In this document: in pieces, positions 16,788 through 24,513 of the stretch
Position numbering within the stretch: the stretch's first letter is position 1
How the letters are laid out: every line of letters starts with the position of its first letter
From: Methanobacteriota archaeon
GTDB taxonomy: Archaea; Thermoplasmatota; Thermoplasmata; SG8-5; DAIRED01
Assembly: GCA_043799545.1 (NCBI GenBank)
Contig: JAZDNO010000010.1
Span: 1 to 36,281 of the forward strand
DNA: 36,281 nucleotides
Direction: 5' to 3'
The notes under the pieces: generated by a model
Database searches by the model: none
Told to the model about the DNA's origin: nothing
The model's input: only the letters and a program-made list of their open reading frames with translations
Program-made: the position numbers and the translations under genes

Positions 16788-17968
16788 GCACTGCGGGCCA
16801 TAAGGATTACGACGCCATCGTCCTGGGAGCAGGCAGCGTCGGCGTTCCTATAACATATTTCCTGTCGAAGGAGGGGCTGCGCGTCCTGTGCCTCGACCCG
16901 CTGGCTTCGGCTGGCCAGGGGCAGAACAAGGCCGCGATTGGCGGCGTCAGGGCGACGCACTCAGACCCAGCGAAGATACTGATTTGCAAGGAGAGCCTGC
17001 GTATATTCGGCGCGTGGGAGGAAGAGACTGGCACGAGCATCGGCTGGAAGAAGGGCGGCTACTGCTTCCCGGTTTACCGCGAGCAGGAGGAGGAGCTGCT
17101 CCAGTCCCTGCTTCCGATACAAAAGCGATTCAAACTGAGCATAGACTGGCTCGACGCGAAGGGGATAGGAAAAACCGTGGCGGGCATCAATCCCGCGGGG
17201 CTGCGTGGCGGCACGTTCTCTCCCGAGGACGGCCAGATTTCGCCGCTGACGGCGATGGAGTCGTTCGCCAACGAAGCCCGGAAGCTGGGCGCGGATTTCC
17301 ATTACCGAGAGGGCGTGGAATCGCTGATACTGGAAGGAGATTCATCTAAAGCCATCAAGGGCGCCAAGACGGCTAAGGGCGAGTACCGCGCTCCCGTCGT
17401 CGTGAACGCTGCGGGCGCGGATGCCAGCGCGGTGTGCAGGATGGCTGGCGTCGCCATCCCGGTCGTTCCGGACAGCCACGAGGCGGGCATCACGTCGCCA
17501 TTGAAGCAGTTCCTCGGACCATTGGTCGTCGACATCAGGCCAGGCCCCGAAGGGAGGACTACCAACTTCTACTTCGGCCAGGTGGAGAGCGGCCAGGTAA
17601 TCTTCTGCTACACGCCGAAACCGCTGTTCCCGGGAACTGACAGGGCTTGCACGTCGGAGTTCATGCCGATAATCGCCAGGCGGATGGCCGGACTGATTCC
17701 GAGGTTGAAGGGCCTGACGATAAGGAGGCTCTGGCGCGGGCTTTATCCAATGACGCCTGACGGAGTGGCCGTGATGGGCAAAGCGCCTGGCGTCGATGGC
17801 TTCTACCTCGCAATCGGCATGTGCGGACAGGGGTTCATGATGGGGCCAGGCGTGGGCTCGAACATGGCGAATTTGATAACAAAGGGAAAGCCTATTCTCG
17901 ACCCCGATACTTTCGCCCTTCTGAGCCCGTCGAGGGACTTCACCAAGGGGAAAGAAAAGCTGAAGTAG
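16784..17968 (+). CDS. FAD-dependent oxidoreductase, DAO family (beta subunit of proline/sarcosine dehydrogenase-type complex)
   Basis: GAGSVG dinucleotide motif, VVVNAAG, RRLWRGLYPMTPDG, GMCGQGFMMGPGVG. ATGA overlap with the upstream gene. Confidence 0.85.
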   Translation: MSTAGHKDYDAIVLGAGSVGVPITYFLSKEGLRVLCLDPLASAGQGQNKAAIGGVRATHSDPAKILICKESLRIFGAWEEETGTSIGWKKGGYCFPVYREQEEELLQSLLPIQKRFKLSIDWLDAKGIGKTVAGINPAGLRGGTFSPEDGQISPLTAMESFANEARKLGADFHYREGVESLILEGDSSKAIKGAKTAKGEYRAPVVVNAAGADASAVCRMAGVAIPVVPDSHEAGITSPLKQFLGPLVVDIRPGPEGRTTNFYFGQVESGQVIFCYTPKPLFPGTDRACTSEFMPIIARRMAGLIPRLKGLTIRRLWRGLYPMTPDGVAVMGKAPGVDGFYLAIGMCGQGFMMGPGVGSNMANLITKGKPILDPDTFALLSPSRDFTKGKEKLK

Positions 17969-17969
17969 G

Positions 17970-19277
17970 CTACCTGGGCTTCGGATTCCCGCGCTGCGCC
18001 TTGCCGCGCTTGGCCTTCAGCTCGTCCCTTACCATCTTGATGGCGCACAAGTCGCCGCACATCGAGCAGACCTCGTCCTCGGCCGGCCGCCTGCGCGCCC
18101 TGACCGCCCTGGCGTTCTCCGGGTCCAGCGAGCAGGCGAATTGCCCCTCCCAGTCCAACGCTTTGCGCGCTTTCGCCATGGCGATGTCGCGCTCGAATCC
18201 GATTCCGCGAGTAACGTCCGCCGCATGCGCTGCGATAATGCTGGCAATCGTGCCGACCTTCACATCTTCGACCGTTGGCAGCGAGAGATGCTCCGCCGGT
18301 GTGACGTAGCACAGGAAGTCGGCCCCGGCCATGGCCGCGATTGCACCGCCTATCGCGCCTGTGATGTGGTCGTAGCCAGGGGCGATGTCCGTGACCAGCG
18401 GTCCGAGCACGTAGAACGGCGCTCCCTTGCATATCGACTTCTCAATCGCCACGTTGGCGGCTATCTGGTGCATCGGGACGTGGCCGGGTCCTTCGACCAT
18501 GGCCTGGACTCCCGCCGCGCGTGCGCGCTCCACGCATTCCCCCAGAGTCATGAGCTCGCGAAGCTGCGGCGCGTCGGTGGCGTCGGCCAGGCATCCAGGC
18601 CTGAAGCCGTCGCCGAGGCTCAGCGTGAACTCGTGCTTGCGGGCCAACTCTAGGAGGTAACCGTAGTTGGAATATAGGGGATTCTCCTCCCCATGATGAA
18701 GTATCCACGCGGTGAGGAAAGCCCCTCCGCGGCTCACTACGTCCGTGATTCTCCGCGAGCGGCTCAGAAGCTCCACGCTCTCCCTCGTCACCCCGCAGTG
18801 GACCGTCATGAAGTCAACGCCGTCGCGGGCGTGCTTCTCTATCGCGTTGAACAGCGTGTCCTCGGTCATGTCTACGACGGCGCTCCTCCTGGCGGTCTCC
18901 ATGCCAGCCTGGTATATCGGCACGGTGCCGATGGGGAGGCGCACATCCTTCATGATCCTGCGGCGGATACTGTCAATGTCCCCGCCGGTGCTAAGGTCCA
19001 TTATGGCGTCTGCGCCGAACTCGATGGCGACCCTCGCCTTTCGCATCTCCTCCTTGATGTCGACATGGTCGTTCGAGGTGCCGATGTTGACGTTCACCTT
19101 GACCCGGAGGCCTTCGCCGATGGCCCTCGGCTCGGGGGAATGGACCGGGTTGCTGGGCAGGACTACCCGCCCTTCCCTAATTTGCCTCGCCAGCCTCTCC
19201 GGAGACACCCCTTCGATTTTGGCTGCTTCGGAGACCAGCTTCGGAATCCGCCTTCGGCATTCCCCCATCAGCGTCAT
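17970..19277 (-). CDS. thiC: Phosphomethylpyrimidine synthase ThiC (ThiC/BzaB family)
   Basis: KVNVNIGTS, GADAIMDLSTGGD, GTVPIYQ, SRGG, EGPGHVP, YVTPAEHL, C-terminal CSMCGDLCA Fe-S motif. Start ATG 19277. BzaA/B paralogy cannot be excluded. Confidence 0.88.
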   Translation of the reverse strand: MTLMGECRRRIPKLVSEAAKIEGVSPERLARQIREGRVVLPSNPVHSPEPRAIGEGLRVKVNVNIGTSNDHVDIKEEMRKARVAIEFGADAIMDLSTGGDIDSIRRRIMKDVRLPIGTVPIYQAGMETARRSAVVDMTEDTLFNAIEKHARDGVDFMTVHCGVTRESVELLSRSRRITDVVSRGGAFLTAWILHHGEENPLYSNYGYLLELARKHEFTLSLGDGFRPGCLADATDAPQLRELMTLGECVERARAAGVQAMVEGPGHVPMHQIAANVAIEKSICKGAPFYVLGPLVTDIAPGYDHITGAIGGAIAAMAGADFLCYVTPAEHLSLPTVEDVKVGTIASIIAAHAADVTRGIGFERDIAMAKARKALDWEGQFACSLDPENARAVRARRRPAEDEVCSMCGDLCAIKMVRDELKAKRGKAQRGNPKPR

Positions 19278-19343
19278 GTTGGCGAACCAATGGCAGATGG
19301 GGTAGAAAATAGTATTGTCTTTTCCACCATCGCACTTGCATGT

Positions 19344-21302
19344 ATGATAACTATTACGCAAATATTATATACAAGGATACTTTACGTCGATTTCCTGGGG
19401 GAAAAAAGCACGAGTAAGTCTCAACTCCACAAGCATGGCATCACAAACGGTACTGGCGGGGGGTTCACCAACGGCGCTGGCAATGGGAAAACCAGCGGCC
19501 TCACAAACGGCGCTGGCCGCGGCAGGACGAACGGCATCGGGCGCACGAACGGGCTCGTGAACGGTTCGGGCAAGGGCAGGACAAACGGGTTGACAAACGG
19601 TTCTGGTCGCGGCAGGACGAACGGCGTAGGCCGCACGAACGGGCTCACCAACGGCTCGGGACGCGGCCGCACGAACGGCCTAACAAACGGCATGGGCCGG
19701 ACCAATGGCATTACTAACGGTCTCGGAAGAACAAATGGCATCACGAACGGTCTGGGCCGGACCAATGGGCTAACCAACGGCCTCGGCCGCACAAACGGAA
19801 TGACCAACGGCCTCAATTCATACAGGATGGACGACCGGAACGGTGCAGTCGCGCCCCGAAAGCTCTCGACGATTCTAATCATAGTTTTCATCATCATCAT
19901 GCCAGTGTCCATCGGCTTGCTGATTCAGTCGCAACCGGTCCCCGGACAGATCGTCACGGTGGACGGCAAGTTCAAGGACTGGAACAAGATGACGCGGTAC
20001 GTCGACACAACTATGTACGCAGACCCTGTGCTGGACATAACGGAATTTTCCGTCGCGGTCGAAGGCACGGACTTCTTCGCCTACGTTAAAACGCAGGGCA
20101 ACCTGCTATCCAGGGCGACGATGGACAGGTACTTCGCTTTCATAGACGCCGACGGCAGCCCATCGACGGGATATGCGGCGCTCGGCCTAGGGGCAGAATA
20201 CGTCGTCGAAGCCTACGGCCACAACGGAGGCTCGTGGGGAGTTTCAGCAACTAAGTTCTTCGGCGCAGACCAGTCGAACTGGAGCGCCTTTGGCACTATC
20301 GGCTCAGGCCACGCTGAATCCTCGGACAGCGAGATGGAAATGAAGGCGAGCCTCGACCTCGGGACGGGTCACGAGCTCGACGTTGGTGGCGCGCTCCGCG
20401 TCAGGTTCGCAACCATGACTGGCTCCGCGCTCGCGGACGTTTGCGCCCCCGTCGTAGACGGAAAGAACGGCGCGCTCGTCATAACCCAGACCCCGCAGGA
20501 CGCTGCAGGCATCGTTTCCACCGGCTCGCTCCTCTCCCTCCAGCTCAGGGCCGTGGGCAAAGACGTCGCTGTCAATTCGCTGGCCATCGCTGCGCAGGGA
20601 GTTCCATCGACGACCCAAGCTGGCTTCGCGGCAGGCGAGATTGCCGTGAACTCCGCCCTGACTGTTCAGGTCACGGGGGATGTCGCATCTTTGGCGGACG
20701 GCACGCTGGTCAAGGCCAGTGTTACGTCTGCTGCGGTATCCGGTGCGACCTTCAACGTGAACGGCAACAGCCTTGCCGCGTATGCAAAGTCCGCGCCGGC
20801 GGCAATCGCGATAGACGGCGCATTCGCAGACTGGACAGGTATCCAGAAGACGACGGACGCAGCCTCAGACGTACCGAACCCTAACATCGATATCACCGAA
20901 GCCGCGGCCGCATCACAGTCGAGCAGCTTCCTCGCCTATGTCAAATTCAACGGCGCGGGAACGGCGATGTCGGGCGCCGCAGTCCCCAGCACCAGAACGG
21001 TTCCTGCAGGAGGCGGGGGCGGTGGAGGTGGCGGCGGAACCACCACTATAACGCCTAGAGTCGCTGGCGAGGATGTCACGCGCTTCTACATCGACAGCGT
21101 GGCCGGCGGGAGCGCCATCGGCGGAATCTCTGCGGACTACATGATTGAGCTCAAGGGGCAAGAACGGCCAGATTACATCCAAGCGGGTCTACACATACCC
21201 CGCGAGGACGTTCGTCGCGGACGTTTCGGCAGCGAACGGGGCGGGCGCGATAGAAACCAGCGTCGCGTACAGTTTGATTGGCAACCCGACGGGAACGATT
21301 AG
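19344..21302 (+). CDS. Large cell-surface protein, N-terminal part (TNG repeats, TM helix, two DG-F-DW ectodomain modules, poly-Gly linker); apparently frameshifted at ~21155-21158
   Basis: TNG repeats, TM LSTILIIVFIIIMPVSIGLLI, VTVDGKFKDW and IAIDGAFADW modules. Sensible protein sequence continues in the next frame after ..YMIELKG. Start uncertain: ATG 19344 is the nearest in-frame ATG upstream of the repeats. Confidence 0.7.
   Translation: MITITQILYTRILYVDFLGEKSTSKSQLHKHGITNGTGGGFTNGAGNGKTSGLTNGAGRGRTNGIGRTNGLVNGSGKGRTNGLTNGSGRGRTNGVGRTNGLTNGSGRGRTNGLTNGMGRTNGITNGLGRTNGITNGLGRTNGLTNGLGRTNGMTNGLNSYRMDDRNGAVAPRKLSTILIIVFIIIMPVSIGLLIQSQPVPGQIVTVDGKFKDWNKMTRYVDTTMYADPVLDITEFSVAVEGTDFFAYVKTQGNLLSRATMDRYFAFIDADGSPSTGYAALGLGAEYVVEAYGHNGGSWGVSATKFFGADQSNWSAFGTIGSGHAESSDSEMEMKASLDLGTGHELDVGGALRVRFATMTGSALADVCAPVVDGKNGALVITQTPQDAAGIVSTGSLLSLQLRAVGKDVAVNSLAIAAQGVPSTTQAGFAAGEIAVNSALTVQVTGDVASLADGTLVKASVTSAAVSGATFNVNGNSLAAYAKSAPAAIAIDGAFADWTGIQKTTDAASDVPNPNIDITEAAAASQSSSFLAYVKFNGAGTAMSGAAVPSTRTVPAGGGGGGGGGGTTTITPRVAGEDVTRFYIDSVAGGSAIGGISADYMIELKGQERPDYIQAGLHIPREDVRRGRFGSERGGRDRNQRRVQFDWQPDGND
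19437..19811 (+). repeat. Tandem G(R/L/I)TNG peptide repeats (~20 TNG in 125 aa)
   Basis: GRTNGLTNG units read directly; synonymous codons vary between copies. Confidence 0.9.
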
Positions 21303-22572
21303 GATGTTCGTCGAGACGACGGACTGGGAGAGGCAGGTGGACAGCGCGGCGGCGGTGCAGACGATGAGGGCAATAGGAACTAGGAGCGGAACGGGTGGCT
21401 CCAGCCCAGATGATTTTGGCACTCCGGTTGTCTTCGAATCCGCTACTGCATCCTATATTTCAGCCGCGTTCGACTCTTCTAACAATAAGATCGTGATCGC
21501 TTATCAGGATGTTGGCAATTCAAATTATGGGACAACGGTCGTCGGTACAGTGTCTGGGACCAGCATTTCCTTTGGTGCACCGGTGGTCTTCGAATCTGCT
21601 TCTACGCAAGACATTTCAGCTACCTTCGACTCTTCTAACAATAAAGTCGTAATTGCTTATCAGGATGTTGGCAATTTAAATTACGGAACGACGGTCGTCG
21701 GCACAGTGTCGGGAACCAGCATTTCCTTTGGCACCCCAGTGGTCTTTTATTCTGATACCGCTAACGATATTTCAGCTACCTTCGACTCTTCTAACAACAG
21801 GGTTGTGATAGCTTATCAGGACAGTTCTGCGTACGGAACGGCAATCGTTGGTACAGTGTCGGGGACCAGCATTTCCTTTGGCACGCCGGCGGTCTTCGAA
21901 TCTGATGCCGTCACTTATGTTTCAGCTACGTTCGATTCTCTCAATAACAACGTCGTAATCGCTTATCAAGATTTAAATAATGGCGGGTACGGAACGGCGG
22001 TCGTCGGCACAGTGTCGGGGACCAGCATTTCCTTTGGCACTCCAGCGATCTTCTATTCTGATGCCGTCACTTATGTTTCAGCTACGTTCGACTCTTCAAA
22101 CAACAAGGTCGTAATCGCCTATGCTGATTTTTATTCCATGGAGTTCGGAACAGCGGTCGTCGGTACGGTATCTGGAGCCAGCATTTCCTTTGGCACGCCG
22201 ACATTATTTGAATCTACAACTGCACACGATATTTCAGCTACCTTTGATTCCTTAAACAACAAGGTCGTGATCGCCTATCAGGATGTGCTCACCTCCTATT
22301 ATGGAAAAGCGGTTGTTGGCACGGTATCTGGAACCGGCATATCTTTCGGCACGCCAGAGGTATTCGAGTCAGCTAGTACATCTTATATTTCAGCTGCCTT
22401 CGACTCCTTTAACAAAAAGGTCGTAATCAGTTATTCGGATGGGGGGAATTTAAATTACGGAACTGCTGATGTAATGTACACCCCCGAGTTCCCCACCATC
22501 GCAATCCCTATATTCCTCTGCGCCATACCGTTCATCGTCTTCCGCGCAAAGAGGAGGCCTCGCGTTGAGTAG
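21145..22572 (+). CDS. Cell-surface protein, C-terminal part: seven 50-52-aa repeats (probable beta-propeller) + PEF-CTERM
   Basis: KNGQITSKRVYTY continues the upstream ectodomain. Seven FGTPxVF..S..FDS.NNKVVIAY.D..YGT.VVGTVSGTSIS units. Ends PEFPTIAIPIFLCAIPFIVFRAKRR. Confidence 0.78.
   Translation: MSSRGKNGQITSKRVYTYPARTFVADVSAANGAGAIETSVAYSLIGNPTGTIRMFVETTDWERQVDSAAAVQTMRAIGTRSGTGGSSPDDFGTPVVFESATASYISAAFDSSNNKIVIAYQDVGNSNYGTTVVGTVSGTSISFGAPVVFESASTQDISATFDSSNNKVVIAYQDVGNLNYGTTVVGTVSGTSISFGTPVVFYSDTANDISATFDSSNNRVVIAYQDSSAYGTAIVGTVSGTSISFGTPAVFESDAVTYVSATFDSLNNNVVIAYQDLNNGGYGTAVVGTVSGTSISFGTPAIFYSDAVTYVSATFDSSNNKVVIAYADFYSMEFGTAVVGTVSGASISFGTPTLFESTTAHDISATFDSLNNKVVIAYQDVLTSYYGKAVVGTVSGTGISFGTPEVFESASTSYISAAFDSFNKKVVISYSDGGNLNYGTADVMYTPEFPTIAIPIFLCAIPFIVFRAKRRPRVE
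21415..22468 (+). repeat. Seven tandem ~150-156-bp repeats, lower GC than flanks
   Basis: Recurrent DNA blocks such as ACCAGCATTTCCTTTGG and TTCGACTCTTCTAACAA. Sampled lines are ~40-55% GC versus ~65% upstream. Confidence 0.9.
22483..22572 (+). other. PEF-CTERM protein-sorting signal (archaeosortase C substrate type)
   Basis: PEF tripeptide + hydrophobic helix + basic tail RAKRR at the extreme C-terminus. Confidence 0.75.
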
Positions 22573-23965
22573 AAAGAACAAGAAGAAGTTCAAGCAGCAA
22601 CAGGCTCAGCAGGACGTGCCCGGGGATGTTGCTGAACCCGCTCAGAGCGAGATGCCAGTCGATGATGTGTCCTCAGAGCAGAGCGTCAACGAGGCAGGCG
22701 CGCCCGAAGAGGTTGCCGCTGAAGAGGAAATGTCCGCCGACCAGGCACGCGAAGACGCCAACACCGAGCCAATCGATGACCGTGGAGAGGAATCCGAAGA
22801 AGAGGGTGACGAACCTGAGACTGGCGAGCCTACCGAAGACGATGAACCGGTAACGGAGGGGCCGAAAAACCTAACCGATGCGGAGCCTAAGGGATTTATC
22901 GGCACTTACTGGATGCTAATGTTTGGAGTGCTGTTGGCGACGATGGGCGTCGCCGGCGTCATAATGCTCAGGACCAACTTCATCCAGGTCTACATCATGG
23001 GTGTTAGCAACCCATCGCCCGGGATAGGCGCCAACGAAGCAATGGCCTACGCCGGTTCCATGATTCCTTTCGTCATCGGGCTTTTCACAATCAACTACTG
23101 GGGAAAACATACCGTCATACCAGAAGGCGATGCAACCGCCGTGGAAGCCGAGGCCGAGATAGAGGCAGAAGAGCCTATCGCAGAACCGGAGGACGTCCCG
23201 GAGATTCCGTCTGAATCGGAAATCACTGAAGAACCCCCATCGGAAACCGCGGAATTCGGACACGAGCACCTCCCGCCAGAGCACCTGACAACGGTTCAGA
23301 AAATTAAGCATCTCACGATGGCCTACTCCCAGGGCAAGATAAGCGAGGGGCTCTACAACCAGAACATGGCGCGATTCGAAGAGGAGCTCGAGGCGAAGCC
23401 TGCCAAGGCCGAGCTGCCGACATTCGAGAAGGATTTCGGCCACGAGCACTTGCCACCAGTACACTTGAGCCCGGAGGATAAAATCGACCATCTCTCCAAG
23501 GCATACGCCCAAGGCAGGATTTCCAAAGGCCTCTACGAACGGGACCTCGCCAAATTCGAAGAGGAGCTCAAGAGGGAGCAGCTTCACATGCCCCCTCACC
23601 ACCTCGACCCACAGGAGAAGATTGACCACCTTGAGGACGCATATAGGATGGGGCGCATCTCCAAAGGAACGTACGAAAAGAACCTCGGTGCGTTCAAGAA
23701 GGATATTGAAGCCGAGCAGGCCAAAAAAGCCGCGGAAGAGCCGCCCGAACTGGACATCCCCAGACCCAAGAAGGAAATCGATGCGGAGATTCCTGAATCC
23801 GCATCAAGCGAAGACGACAAGACGCTCATGCAGCTCGATTCGCTCTTGGAGGAGATTGAGAGCGGCAACGACACACCGGAAATGAGGGAGAAGCTCCGCA
23901 AGAAGAAGGAAGAATCCTTCGAGGAGCGCATCCTCCAAGAGATCGAGGACCTAGAGGACCTCTGA
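22565..23965 (+). CDS. Acidic membrane protein with two TM helices and three His-rich SHOCT-like repeats
   Basis: Long E/D/P-rich regions, two hydrophobic segments, three HxxPPxHL..KI.HL..AY..G.IS.G.Y repeats. TTG start overlaps the upstream stop; TGA overlaps the next ATG. Confidence 0.72.
   Translation: MSRKNKKKFKQQQAQQDVPGDVAEPAQSEMPVDDVSSEQSVNEAGAPEEVAAEEEMSADQAREDANTEPIDDRGEESEEEGDEPETGEPTEDDEPVTEGPKNLTDAEPKGFIGTYWMLMFGVLLATMGVAGVIMLRTNFIQVYIMGVSNPSPGIGANEAMAYAGSMIPFVIGLFTINYWGKHTVIPEGDATAVEAEAEIEAEEPIAEPEDVPEIPSESEITEEPPSETAEFGHEHLPPEHLTTVQKIKHLTMAYSQGKISEGLYNQNMARFEEELEAKPAKAELPTFEKDFGHEHLPPVHLSPEDKIDHLSKAYAQGRISKGLYERDLAKFEEELKREQLHMPPHHLDPQEKIDHLEDAYRMGRISKGTYEKNLGAFKKDIEAEQAKKAAEEPPELDIPRPKKEIDAEIPESASSEDDKTLMQLDSLLEEIESGNDTPEMREKLRKKKEESFEERILQEIEDLEDL
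23255..23710 (+). repeat. Three ~46-50-aa His-Pro/SHOCT-like repeats
   Basis: FGHEHLPPEHL..KIKHLTMAYSQGKISEGLY; FGHEHLPPVHL..KIDHLSKAYAQGRISKGLY; LHMPPHHL..KIDHLEDAYRMGRISKGTY. Confidence 0.85.
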
Positions 23966-24453
23966 TGCCCACGGAGCTGAGAGTCAGACGCCGCGCAAGG
24001 CTCAGGAACAAGGAAGTGGCCGCGCTCGCGTCGAGAATCTTCGAGACTTTCGGCGTCACAATCGATGAGGCTCTGGCCCTGGACGCGGGGGATTACGATA
24101 AAATCAAGGTTTACATTTCGGGCGGGCGAATCGTGGCGTTCGACCACGATGGCAGGGTTGTTCCCTCACTCAGGTTCATTCTAGGCAGCCCACCCAAAAG
24201 CAAGCACGTCACGGTCGACATGGGCGCCGTCAAGTTCCTGTGCAACGGCGCGGACATCATGGCTCCAGGCATCGTCGATGCGGACCGCTCAATCGCCCCT
24301 GGCGACCTCGTTTGGGTCAGGGAGGAGAAGCACAGCAAACCGCTCGCCATCGGCATCGCCCTTGTCGGCGGTCCAGGGATGGTGAGGGGAAAAGGGAAGG
24401 CCGTCCAGAGCCTGCATTATATCGGCGACAGCCTCTGGGAATTCGAAGATTAG
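23965..24453 (+). CDS. PUA-domain RNA-binding protein (archaeal MCT-1/Tma20-like, DUF1947+PUA)
   Basis: VTVDMGAVKFLCNGADIMAPGIVDAD..GDLVWV.EEKHSKPLAIG..GKAV..LHYIGDSLW. Confidence 0.88.
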   Translation: MPTELRVRRRARLRNKEVAALASRIFETFGVTIDEALALDAGDYDKIKVYISGGRIVAFDHDGRVVPSLRFILGSPPKSKHVTVDMGAVKFLCNGADIMAPGIVDADRSIAPGDLVWVREEKHSKPLAIGIALVGGPGMVRGKGKAVQSLHYIGDSLWEFED

Positions 24454-24513
24454 AGCCGCCGGCCAATCGGTTTTAGCGACAACGTTTTAAGCCACATAGG
24501 AGATTAGCATCCG

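Noticed and set aside
18693-19343. 650-nt N-terminal extension of track ORF 18693..21302
   Set aside because: Mostly antisense to thiC, with no protein-like features; the real gene starts near 19344.
19278-19420. TPP riboswitch upstream of thiC
   Set aside because: Core TPP aptamer motifs (CUGAGA, UGAUCxGGxUAAUxCC) are not present on either strand.
21415-22468. CRISPR array or diversity-generating retroelement template/variable repeats
   Set aside because: The repeats are in-frame protein-coding units with no unique spacers. Differences are not adenine-specific, and no cas or reverse transcriptase gene is in the window.
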